A stretch of 48,875 nt of DNA from an archaeon (GCA_024276825.1 JAJRWI010000056.1:1-48875); one strand, 5' to 3'. Positions 19,874 to 28,860 are shown, counted from the stretch's first letter. Numbers and translations are program-made. The notes: generated by a model not told the origin, from the letters alone.

Positions 19874-20484
19874 GTTCGGAGAATCTGTCAAGACAGGAGA
19901 TTCTGGATCATCTATTACTAATTGTTGAAAAAATGGAAAAAGTCAGCGAGATGATTAATCGCGACGCTGCTCAAGAGGTGAAGAAGGAAGGCGAGGAATG
20001 GATTGAAACTAGGGAGCAGGCAGGTAGGTACATCAAAGAGATTCATGATCTTTACTCATTTGTAAAAAGGCTGCCATCTGATGAGGCCGGAATAGCTACG
20101 CTCTCAATACTTTCAATTCTAATTCAGATTCAATCATCATTCAAACACATCTTGGTCCTGCTTGATATGCTGAAAGGACAAGCATTTGATGAGGTGTTTA
20201 TGGACTCGTTTAGGAGAATTGCCTCTAAAGTACACGAGGCGTTTCTTGTTCTGAAAAAGATGCTGACAACCTGCACCTCTGAAAGTGAAGAAGTTGCAGC
20301 TTGCCTTCAAGAAGTCATGCGACTTGAGCGCGAAGTAGATGAGGATAATATCATAATTTGTCGGCAGATCTCCATCACTGGAGATGCAAGCACAGTATGT
20401 TATCTCATGAGAAAGATTGTGCGAGAGCTGGAGCATGTTTCAGACTTTATCAAAGAGTGTGCAGAGATACTCGCGGACTTTTGA
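19870..20484 (+). CDS. PhoU/DUF47-like helical-bundle protein
   Basis: RLEREVDE and RELEHVSD match the PhoU-type ExxxD motifs; ATGA overlap with upstream gene. Confidence 0.65.
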   Translation: MSSENLSRQEILDHLLLIVEKMEKVSEMINRDAAQEVKKEGEEWIETREQAGRYIKEIHDLYSFVKRLPSDEAGIATLSILSILIQIQSSFKHILVLLDMLKGQAFDEVFMDSFRRIASKVHEAFLVLKKMLTTCTSESEEVAACLQEVMRLEREVDEDNIIICRQISITGDASTVCYLMRKIVRELEHVSDFIKECAEILADF

Positions 20485-20494
20485 GGTGTGCTAA

Positions 20495-22066
20495 ATGGCT
20501 GTGGAGGGACTTTATATCGTTGCAGGGGTCCTCATAATAGGCGCGGCCATTTCAAAGATTGCAGGACAGTATAAGTTTCCATATCCTATTGTCTTGATTA
20601 TTCTTGGAATAGTTCTCAGACAATTGATTCAAGAAGAACTTCTTGATATTGTTGGATTTGGTATTATAGCCTCACTCACATTGGCCAGCGTACTGTTTTA
20701 TGCTGGTCTAACAATGAATGTTAAAGAACTGAGACTCTCGATACGATCAGTGCTACTTCTTGCGACGGCAGGGGTTATGCTCACATCGATTATTGCTGGT
20801 GTGACGATCTCAATGTTCTCAACAATTGGCCTTGTTGCATTCTTGATTGGAGCAATCCTTTCACCAACAGATCCAGCTGCTCTGTTTTCTGTCCTTGAGA
20901 GCGGTGGTGTAAAAATCAAGAGAAAGCTTGTTTCAATCCTTGAAGGAGAGGCGGTGTTCAATGATGCCACCGCTGTGATTGTAGTCATCACAGTCTTCCT
21001 ACCATTTGTTGTGCCTGAATTAGCAAGGCCATGGTATATTGTGATAGTTCAGTTTGTCATGAGCATAATAGTTGGAGCCATGATAGGTGCAGGAGTCGCC
21101 TATGCAATTGGAAAGCTACTCCTGAAGACTGGCGAGGAAACAAACATTGCGATTCTAACAGCAACCACGCCCATCCTTGCCTACGGAATAGGTGAGTTGT
21201 TTGCGGTTATCGAGATTCATCCCGGAGCCTTGGCTGCGGTCTCTGCAGGCATTTTCATGGCAAACTTTAGACAGATGGGATTTGGTATATTACCCCAAAA
21301 ATCTATGAGAGGGGCCATGAAGCAGGTTTCATTCACCTTTGAGATCATTGTGTTCACAATGCTTGGATTCTCACTGAATCTTGAGAGCATGATAGCAAAC
21401 CCATCGATCATGCTGCTAGGAATCACAATTGCTATTCTTGTCATATTTGTCGCAAGACCAATCTCAGTGTTTCTGGTGACCATGTATGACAAGTCAATGA
21501 GTGTTAAAGACCGCTTCTTTGTCAGTTGGGCAGGAGTGAAGGGCGTAGCCAGTGCAGCTCTTGCAGCTATTGTCTTGAGCAGCATAACAGACCCAATAAT
21601 CAGTGAGTTGATTAACTCGATAGTGTTCATAGTACTGATGGCAAGTCTCACAATACAAGGGCTCACAACACCATATTTTGCCACGAAACTTGGACTTGTA
21701 GAAAAAAGAGACATTGCAAAGGAGATCACAATTCAGCGAGATGCTGCAAGGCAAGTGCTTCTTCATCTTGTTGACCAGTATACCGAGGGGAAGATAGACC
21801 ACGACCTCTACCTTCAACTCAAGGCTGAGCTAGAGGAAGAGATCTTCACTTTAGAAGATGAACTAAAACGGGTCATCTCTGAAAGGAGGGCCAGACTGAG
21901 AGAACTCGAAATAAGGAAAGGGCTGCTTGAGCAAAAGATCAAGTTCTATCGAAGTCAGTTTGAGAGAGGCCTACTTGAGAGTGCATCACTTGAGGAACAT
22001 GTCAGGGAACTCGAAACAGAGATAGATGAACTTGAAACATTGATGGTCAGATTTCGTCAAGAATAA
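20495..22066 (+). CDS. CPA1 (NhaP-type) cation/H+ antiporter with C-terminal coiled coil
   Basis: LFYAG, LSPTDPAA, EGEAVFND, ARP, WAGVKG, IQGLT; charged helical C-terminal tail. Confidence 0.9.
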   Translation: MAVEGLYIVAGVLIIGAAISKIAGQYKFPYPIVLIILGIVLRQLIQEELLDIVGFGIIASLTLASVLFYAGLTMNVKELRLSIRSVLLLATAGVMLTSIIAGVTISMFSTIGLVAFLIGAILSPTDPAALFSVLESGGVKIKRKLVSILEGEAVFNDATAVIVVITVFLPFVVPELARPWYIVIVQFVMSIIVGAMIGAGVAYAIGKLLLKTGEETNIAILTATTPILAYGIGELFAVIEIHPGALAAVSAGIFMANFRQMGFGILPQKSMRGAMKQVSFTFEIIVFTMLGFSLNLESMIANPSIMLLGITIAILVIFVARPISVFLVTMYDKSMSVKDRFFVSWAGVKGVASAALAAIVLSSITDPIISELINSIVFIVLMASLTIQGLTTPYFATKLGLVEKRDIAKEITIQRDAARQVLLHLVDQYTEGKIDHDLYLQLKAELEEEIFTLEDELKRVISERRARLRELEIRKGLLEQKIKFYRSQFERGLLESASLEEHVRELETEIDELETLMVRFRQE

Positions 22067-22106
22067 CATCTGCCTCATTTGACCAGAGATTGATGAAATA
22101 TCTAAA

Positions 22107-22763
22107 TTAGAAAGACACTTTGCGAATGTTCTCTGGAATACTCACACCGGTCTTCCCAGCAAAGATGTCTCTTAATAGTTCGAAATGCTCATCGAGGTCT
22201 CGCAGTAGTTTATCAAGTGCCTGAGGAGCGATGTTTGGCTCAACGGTCCAAATTGTCAGATAATTGCTAATCACGCCAAGGTCCACTGTTCCCTCTTCGA
22301 GGTCCTGATAGATTGTTATCTTGACAAGGAATTCTGCCTCGAACATGTTGAGAATGTCTTGAATTGACATGATGATGAGGTCAAGGAATCCAACAAAGTC
22401 ATCAAGCTGTTCGTTCTTGTCAATGCTTCCTCTGAGTGATTCTGCAAAAGTCTGAATAGACTGCATGTTTTGACGCAGAGTTTCGAACATCTTCATGAGT
22501 TTCGTAAATTCTTTGATTGATGACTCCAAGGCAGGCACGAGTTTGTCAAAGAGATCAACTAATAGCTTTCCCTTTGTCTTCTCTCGCAGGTCTTGAAATG
22601 TTTCAAGTTTTCCCAATGAGCCCTCCAAGTGCTCAAGTTGTACAATCCTATTTGTCACTGCTTGAATGGACTTGACAGAATTACGTTGTATCTTTGCCCA
22701 TCGTTCAACAAATGTTTCGATCCCATCACGGAGATCTTCAAGAACTTCTATTTCGCGTGCCAA
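22107..22763 (-). CDS. Helical protein, CINP/C1orf109(AIRIM)-like
   Basis: MFEAEFLVKITIYQDL...YLTIWTVEPNI resembles the recalled CINP C-terminus; LETFQDLREKTKGKL resembles recalled C1orf109. Confidence 0.55.
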   Translation of the reverse strand: MAREIEVLEDLRDGIETFVERWAKIQRNSVKSIQAVTNRIVQLEHLEGSLGKLETFQDLREKTKGKLLVDLFDKLVPALESSIKEFTKLMKMFETLRQNMQSIQTFAESLRGSIDKNEQLDDFVGFLDLIIMSIQDILNMFEAEFLVKITIYQDLEEGTVDLGVISNYLTIWTVEPNIAPQALDKLLRDLDEHFELLRDIFAGKTGVSIPENIRKVSF

Positions 22764-22851
22764 TGTCTACTCGTAATTACAATCTGATTATTGCTTGATA
22801 AATGATTCTGCGTTGGCACTAATTAGACGATTATTTTGGCAATTGATTTTC

Positions 22852-23436
22852 TTAAAGTGCTTGCTTAATGATATCGGAACGTGTGATAATCCCCTGAATG
22901 CGGCCTCCGCTCTCAACAATGACAGCTTGGTATACTTCTAGCAATGGGATGATTGTATCAAGGGGAGTGTCTTCATCCACTTTTGGCACCCCGCCTGAAC
23001 TCATGACTGCCTCAACGGTGACTTCATTCAGATTAAGAGAGATATTTCTAATGATGTCGCGTTCTGTGATGACCCCGATTGTCTGACCAAGCCGAACAAC
23101 AGGCAACTGTGAGAAACTACGGCGTCTCATAATCCTTACTGCATCTGCCACCGAATCGCGCGCATTAATAGTGATGGGATTCTTTGACATTACATCCCCA
23201 CACTTCTTACCACGGGGCCTTATCAGAACCCTGCGTATTCTCAATAAGGTCGACAGTTTGGGATCCACCTTGCCACTCTCGAGTCGGGCTATATATGCCT
23301 GTGAAACCCCGAGCTCATCAGCAAGTTCCTCTTGGGTCAGGCCGATCTCTTTCCTCAATTTGACCAGAGATTCAATCTCATTTTGGACTTGCTTCATCCA
23401 TTTCCGTTTCTGCCATGATGTTGTTCTTGGTGACAC
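22852..23436 (-). CDS. XRE-HTH + CBS-pair transcriptional regulator
   Basis: LTQEELADELGVSQAYIARLESGKVDPKLSTL; CBS motifs FSQLPVV, GVITERD, GIITRSD. Confidence 0.92.
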   Translation of the reverse strand: MSPRTTSWQKRKWMKQVQNEIESLVKLRKEIGLTQEELADELGVSQAYIARLESGKVDPKLSTLLRIRRVLIRPRGKKCGDVMSKNPITINARDSVADAVRIMRRRSFSQLPVVRLGQTIGVITERDIIRNISLNLNEVTVEAVMSSGGVPKVDEDTPLDTIIPLLEVYQAVIVESGGRIQGIITRSDIIKQAL

Positions 23437-23460
23437 CTAATCACCACCTATTACATATTT

Positions 23461-23486
23461 GTTATATTTTTTTCAGAAAATATAAC
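23461..23486. promoter_or_regulatory. Perfect 10-6-10 inverted repeat between the HTH-CBS regulator and mat
   Basis: GTTATATTTT-TTTCAG-AAAATATAAC, flanked by direct repeats ATTACATA (23450, 23491). Confidence 0.6.
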
Positions 23487-23560
23487 TTTTATTACATAGA
23501 CTAACTAAAGGTATTTAAGACAAAGAAAATGGGCAGAAGGAAGAAAAAACACCATTTGAT

Positions 23561-24769
23561 GTGATGATAATGGAAATAGAAATTACACGAGGACTTGGAG
23601 TTCCTGTTGCTGAGAGAAAAGTCGAGATTGTCGAGAGAAAGGGAAAGGGGCACCCTGACACCCTTTGCGACAAAGCAGCAGAAGAGCTATCAGTCAGACT
23701 CAGTCAGTATTATCTCGAGGAGTTTGGCAGGGTTCAGCATCATAATGTGGACAAGGTATTACTTGTCGGCGGTCAGTCCTATTCACCATTTGGTGGTGGC
23801 GATGTGATCGAGCCCATCTATATTTTGCTAAGTGGTAGGGCAGTCTCAAAAGTAATTGATAATGAAGAGCATATCATCCCGGTTGGAAAATTTGCAATCG
23901 AGCATACACGTGAATGGCTTCAGAAGGACCTGCCACATCTAGATGTAAATTCTGATGTTATAATTGACTACAAGATTCGAGCTGGAAGCACTGATCTTGT
24001 CGGAAACTTTGATGTTGCAGTAGATGTACCCCGTGCAAACGATACAAGCTTCGGAGTTGCATACGGCCCAATGACTGCCACCGAATTACTTGTGCTTCAT
24101 TCAGAACACATGCTCAACGATCCAAAAACAAAGAAGAAGTGGCCGCAGATTGGTGAAGACATCAAGGTCATGGGAACACGAGTGGATAACACAATTCATG
24201 TTCAAGTAGCAGCGGCAATAATCTCAACTGAAACCAAAGATGCCGAAGAGTATGCAAATGTAATGGAAGGTATTGATAATATGGTAAGAGACCTTGCTGC
24301 AAAGATAACCGATCTCAATATTGAGGTGAGCGTGAATACAGCAGACAAGCCCGATGAGGGACTATTCTATCTCACGGTAACTGGCACTTCAGCAGAGCAT
24401 GGCGATGATGGTCAGGTCGGAAGAGGCAACAGAGCCAATGGACTGATCACTCCTTATCGGCCAATGACACTTGAGGCAGCAGCTGGTAAAAACCCCGTTT
24501 CACACGTTGGTAAGACATATAATGTTGCCGCACGTGAGATTGTAAACAAAGTGGTCGATGAGTACCCAGATCTAACACAAGTCTATTGTTACATGGTGAG
24601 CCAGATAGGAGCACCAATCACTGAGCCAAGGGCAGTGAATGTTGAGGTCTTTGGCGATGTCAACCTGAATGATCTTCGATCTTCAATTGAGAGCATCATT
24701 GAGGAAGAATGTCAAAGGCTCCCCGATGTCTGGAAGGGATTCATCGATCGCAAATATCAACTCTGGTAG
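23561..24769 (+). CDS. mat: S-adenosylmethionine synthetase, archaeal type
   Basis: VERKGKGHPDT, HHNVDK, ANDTS, GEDIKVMG, GRGNR, GKNPVSHVGK. Confidence 0.97.
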   Translation: MMIMEIEITRGLGVPVAERKVEIVERKGKGHPDTLCDKAAEELSVRLSQYYLEEFGRVQHHNVDKVLLVGGQSYSPFGGGDVIEPIYILLSGRAVSKVIDNEEHIIPVGKFAIEHTREWLQKDLPHLDVNSDVIIDYKIRAGSTDLVGNFDVAVDVPRANDTSFGVAYGPMTATELLVLHSEHMLNDPKTKKKWPQIGEDIKVMGTRVDNTIHVQVAAAIISTETKDAEEYANVMEGIDNMVRDLAAKITDLNIEVSVNTADKPDEGLFYLTVTGTSAEHGDDGQVGRGNRANGLITPYRPMTLEAAAGKNPVSHVGKTYNVAAREIVNKVVDEYPDLTQVYCYMVSQIGAPITEPRAVNVEVFGDVNLNDLRSSIESIIEEECQRLPDVWKGFIDRKYQLW

Positions 24770-24875
24770 CATAATGCATTCAGTGCGGCCTATGCTCGCA
24801 CTGATATTAACTATTTTTTGTTGGATGCGTATGGATTTCCTTGAGATGGATCTTTGCCACTTCAAGGAGTGGAGT

Positions 24876-25799
24876 CTATGGAAGTTGCAAGAATGGCAAT
24901 GCATTAGTCAACGGTGGAGTCAGGAGTAATCCTGTGAATAACCAGAAAAACGCGAAAGCCATGTAAATTGATGCTAGCTTGAAGATCTTGAATGTCTTCG
25001 TAGTGCTTGGATTCTTAAGATTTGACAGGGACTTCACAATTACCAACACTGCAAAGATAATGAGCGGAATCTGTGCAACAAGATGAATCTTTAGCGCAAT
25101 TGCAGTGGTCATTATCATGAGAGCGCTGAGCAGTGCCGCTCCAGCAGTGACCCTGATAGCCTGGCGTTCACCATTGACAACAGGCCACATCGGCACTCCA
25201 GCCTGACGATAGCCCTCAAGATTTTCAGGGATGAGAGACAATGTGAGAATGTGAAGTGGAATCCAAGTAATCACGAAGAGGGCCATGAAAATCCCAACCA
25301 GATCGATAATGTTCAGAATTGCCGTTCGCCCGGCGAGAGCGGGAAGGCCTCCCGCAATACCACCAAACAGGATTGAATACTTGGTTCTACGTTTCAACAA
25401 AACAGAATATACAATGACATCAAAGAAGAAGCCAAAGAAGACCACCACCATTGTCAGGAAGTTAATGAATATTCCACAGAGAAATATACCCACCGTGGTC
25501 CATGTTGCACCATGAGCCAAGACCTTTCGTGGTGAGATCAAACCCTTTGGCAAGGGGCGATCACTGGTACGACTCATCTTTGCATCAATATCCATGTCAA
25601 TATACATGTTCAACATAGTAGAACCAGAAATTGCAAGAACAAGGGCGATAATCACCCAGAAGAGAAGAAGGGGGTTAATACCCACCGACCAAGAGCTGAT
25701 CAGGTAGGCAAAGCCCGTAGTGTATACAAGCAGAAAGGTCTGCTTACTCTTGATGAGTTCGCCATACAGGGATCTGATGGAGTATGGTTCATCACCCAT
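24876..25799 (-). CDS. ctaB: Protoheme IX farnesyltransferase (heme O synthase, UbiA superfamily)
   Basis: NMYIDMDIDAKMSRTSDRPLP, YSVLLKRRT, GGIAG, WIPLH, YRQAGVPM; ATG 25799 with GAGGTG RBS. Confidence 0.85.
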   Translation of the reverse strand: MGDEPYSIRSLYGELIKSKQTFLLVYTTGFAYLISSWSVGINPLLLFWVIIALVLAISGSTMLNMYIDMDIDAKMSRTSDRPLPKGLISPRKVLAHGATWTTVGIFLCGIFINFLTMVVVFFGFFFDVIVYSVLLKRRTKYSILFGGIAGGLPALAGRTAILNIIDLVGIFMALFVITWIPLHILTLSLIPENLEGYRQAGVPMWPVVNGERQAIRVTAGAALLSALMIMTTAIALKIHLVAQIPLIIFAVLVIVKSLSNLKNPSTTKTFKIFKLASIYMAFAFFWLFTGLLLTPPLTNALPFLQLP

Positions 25800-25810
25800 C
25801 TGAGCACACC

Positions 25811-27241
25811 TCACCTCACAGTGTAATTCTTGCGTACAAGAATCTCAAGTGCCATGTACAGACACAAGACGGCTATTCCTGCCACGAAGAACATGATACC
25901 AACATCAATCATTAGAAAGTAAAATGATGTGTCAGCACCAAGCGTTGTGAACATGTAGGGCACTGCAAATCCAAAGGCCAAAATGCTTCCTATTGTTAGA
26001 ATCCAGCCGATCACTTCTTTTATGACACCCTTGATTCCAAGATAATCGATGGTGAGCAAAAGAATCATGATTGCGGACAAGGTGGCCAGAACATGCCAGT
26101 GTCCCACTGCAATGGTTCTCTCAATGTCCCATGGTCCAGCCCGAAAGTCCTCGAGATTGATTGCAAGATAAATGCCCGGTATTGCCATAGTAATTATGAC
26201 CCAGATAAAGAGAAAGTATAGGCCAAATAGCGATGAGTTTTTGAATATGGAGATTATCTTGCGTCCTATGGATGCAGAATCATATTCATCACCCAACACG
26301 TCGCGACTGATCTTTCGCCAACCTTCAATGGCAAGAATTATAGCTGCCATGAGTGCAAAGGTTGCACCAACATTGATGACGGTGTGAGCCTTCTCATAGC
26401 CAATAGGAACGAGCCAGCTTCCTGCAGTAGTTATAATTGTTCCAAGAATTGCAAATATCATCGATATGAAGTATATCTTGCCAGTTTGTTGAGGATTAGT
26501 GTATCTGAAAACGAGAAGGAGAATGATAAAGTCGATCAATGTGAGCATTATATGCAGATGGCCAATGATTCCGCGCTCAAAGATATTATGCTCAACTCTG
26601 AGGAGGTCTTCCATCAGTGCTGCTTCAAAGCCATTTCCAAAATATGCACCCACTGCGGCCCCGAGCATCGCTGAACCAAGTAAGCAAATGCCCACAATCA
26701 CCAAGCTGAGTTGACCAAGGTGCACACTGCCAATATAGGGTCCTTCACTGTGCCCTGGAAAGCTCCTTGTTGGCCAGACGCCTATGACTAGAAGTATCCC
26801 ACTAAAGAACACCAGTGTCAATCCAACAAGAAACAGCGCATGAACAATCCAGTTCTCAACTAGGATGTAAGCAAAAGTCAGTCCAGAGAGAGAGGTCAGG
26901 ATGAATCCTGGAAGTATTGACCACTTAACAAGATTCTCATATTTTGGTCTTACATCCATTAAATCCAATATATAGAATACTAGAGCACCAAGAAATGTTA
27001 TCGCCAATGAATGATAGACCATAATTATTCTCGCAACCCGATGAGTTTCCTCAAGTTGTATTGGTATGAGTGGCGCACCGAAAATCTGGACAACAGGCTC
27101 AGAAAAGGTTGTAAGAAAGATTATGAGCAGAAACTCATATACAATTGTAAATGTGATCAGTCCTGGATAGGACTGCAACCATTTCCAAAAGCCCTTTTCT
27201 TCAGTATTAGCCACTTCAGGTCCAATTTGCGTTGACTCCAT
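25811..27241 (-). CDS. 12-TM His-rich protein, divergent heme-copper oxidoreductase subunit I-like
   Basis: About 12 TM segments; H77 (RIIMVYHSL), H228/H230 (GHLH), H381/H383 (VGHWH) at helix II, VI and X-like spacing; no helix VII HH. Confidence 0.55.
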   Translation of the reverse strand: MESTQIGPEVANTEEKGFWKWLQSYPGLITFTIVYEFLLIIFLTTFSEPVVQIFGAPLIPIQLEETHRVARIIMVYHSLAITFLGALVFYILDLMDVRPKYENLVKWSILPGFILTSLSGLTFAYILVENWIVHALFLVGLTLVFFSGILLVIGVWPTRSFPGHSEGPYIGSVHLGQLSLVIVGICLLGSAMLGAAVGAYFGNGFEAALMEDLLRVEHNIFERGIIGHLHIMLTLIDFIILLLVFRYTNPQQTGKIYFISMIFAILGTIITTAGSWLVPIGYEKAHTVINVGATFALMAAIILAIEGWRKISRDVLGDEYDSASIGRKIISIFKNSSLFGLYFLFIWVIITMAIPGIYLAINLEDFRAGPWDIERTIAVGHWHVLATLSAIMILLLTIDYLGIKGVIKEVIGWILTIGSILAFGFAVPYMFTTLGADTSFYFLMIDVGIMFFVAGIAVLCLYMALEILVRKNYTVR

Positions 27242-27331
27242 GGCAATATCCTCGGTCTTTTTTTCAGAATTTGCTAATATTATATGTTCCCTAACATAAC
27301 AGATAGCAAGTAATTATTTCGTAAGCGAACG

Positions 27332-27381
27332 AAAAAAAAAGGTAGAGAGGGATGAAAATGCGTTTCATCCCATCTCTTTTT
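27332..27381 (-). terminator. Hairpin terminator after the 7-TM gene (potentially bidirectional)
   Basis: GGGATGAAA-ATGCG-TTTCATCCC stem (27349-27371) with A9 on one side (T9 on minus strand) and T5 on the other. Confidence 0.7.
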
Positions 27382-27394
27382 CGGGCATGGTCAA

Positions 27395-28051
27395 TCACTT
27401 GAACACTGGATTATTGGCCCTCCATCTAGTGGGCATGAACACACCTAGGAAGAAGAATAGGCCAACAATGAGTAATAGAATTGGAAGGACTGCAACTATT
27501 TGATCCAGTGTCATGATTGGTGACGAAGTCGCTGCGAAGGCCAGCAAAACGCCACCCATTGAGATTGATATTCCTCCTAGTGAGAAGAAGATGGAGGCCA
27601 TCTCGGTTTCCTTCTTTGCGGCGGCGAGGAGCGGAATAAGAACTATGATTAGACCACTGGGTATATGGACGGCCATGAGTGTTATTGAGGCATATCCTGA
27701 AAGGCCTGCAATGCCATAACGGGCCAAAAACTGGATGGCAATGAGAATTACTGAATACAACAGGAAGTACAGGCCAAAGGGTTTCTCTGCATATAATGCA
27801 TAGAGTAATCCAACAGCTAAGAATGCCGGAATTAATGTTGTAATGACAGGGATTATTGGTTCGAATAGAATAGTCCAGTCAACTAAGACAATAAGCAGGC
27901 CAGCTAAGAACAGGACTATAAAGCTAATTGCCCATAGTAAGTGATAGATCTTCTTGTTCTTAAGGTAGTCCAGCAGCAGGAATATTGCACCAAGCAATGC
28001 AACAATTCCAGTGAGTAGCAGAAGCACCACGGCTGTAATGTCAGTAAGCAT
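27395..28051 (-). CDS. 7-TM membrane protein of unknown function
   Basis: Seven hydrophobic segments, YHLLWAISF and AVHIPSG; ATG 28051 with GAGGTG RBS. Confidence 0.8.
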   Translation of the reverse strand: MLTDITAVVLLLLTGIVALLGAIFLLLDYLKNKKIYHLLWAISFIVLFLAGLLIVLVDWTILFEPIIPVITTLIPAFLAVGLLYALYAEKPFGLYFLLYSVILIAIQFLARYGIAGLSGYASITLMAVHIPSGLIIVLIPLLAAAKKETEMASIFFSLGGISISMGGVLLAFAATSSPIMTLDQIVAVLPILLLIVGLFFFLGVFMPTRWRANNPVFK

Positions 28052-28121
28052 TTCAACACCTCTTAATGTGGATAATGTTAGCTGTTTAGACAAAACCAAT
28101 AAAAAAAGAGAATAGTGGGCT

Positions 28122-28198
28122 TTTCATTAGAGGGTAATGAAACAGTAAGTTTCAGTAAACATAAATAATGGGTGAAAATTCTGCCAGATTTGGCAGAA
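28122..28198. promoter_or_regulatory. Cluster of three inverted repeats in the divergent 7-TM/HxlR promoter region
   Basis: TTTCATTA-N5-TAATGAAA (28122-28142), TGAAAC-N5-GTTTCA (28138-28154), TTCTGCCA-N4-TGGCAGAA (28179-28198). Confidence 0.5.
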
Positions 28199-28223
28199 AC
28201 AATGTAGGACTTGAGAATGTACG

Positions 28224-28670
28224 ATGAAGCAAGAAGATATGTGTTCTGTAGTTTATGCATTGAGGATCCTTGGGAAAAAATGGACTCCATGGATTCTATG
28301 TGAGCTACTGGTTGAGGACAACCAGTTCTTTTCAAATCTGCTTGAGAGGGTAATGAGCAGTAGTGGTACCAAGATATCTGCAAGAGTTCTGTCAGAGGTG
28401 CTCACAATCTTAGAAGAAGCTGGAATTGTCAGTCGAATTGTCGAAGCTGATACTATGCCAATCAGGGTCAGGTACTCTCTAACGCAGAAAGGCAGAGATT
28501 TTGGAATAGTTCTTGCAGTTCTTAAGGGCTGGGGAATTAAATGGGGGGGAGTGGAGCAAAAGCTGTGCAAGTCATTCAGATGTGTGCACAACAGTGTCCC
28601 AATGATAGACATTGACAAGATTAGAGGTATGTTGGACAAGCGTCCCAGTGAGGATGAAAATTTAGAATAA
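28224..28670 (+). CDS. HxlR/DUF24 (MarR-like winged-helix) regulator, Cys-rich
   Basis: CSVVYALRILGKKW, ISARVLS..L..LEEAGIV.R, VRYSLTQKG; extra CKSFRCVH tail. Confidence 0.9.
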   Translation: MKQEDMCSVVYALRILGKKWTPWILCELLVEDNQFFSNLLERVMSSSGTKISARVLSEVLTILEEAGIVSRIVEADTMPIRVRYSLTQKGRDFGIVLAVLKGWGIKWGGVEQKLCKSFRCVHNSVPMIDIDKIRGMLDKRPSEDENLE

Positions 28671-28860
28671 TCAACTATACATTTGTTTCGATTATTTAAT
28701 AGCAGGCCTCATGAAAGTATAATAGAGTAGTAAACAAGTAATCGACTTCTGAAGAACTCACTATCTATTTTATTATTGCCTAAAAAACGGAAAATACTGC
28801 ATAATCATGCCATATGCGCGATGATAATGGCACAAAGCAAATCATGGTGATTGATAATCC

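Noticed and set aside
24876-27241. Calling this locus a canonical cytochrome c/quinol oxidase or nitric oxide reductase
   Set aside because: The helix VII His-His pair, the HPEVY/HLWVE signature and subunit II are all missing; reported instead as a non-canonical candidate.
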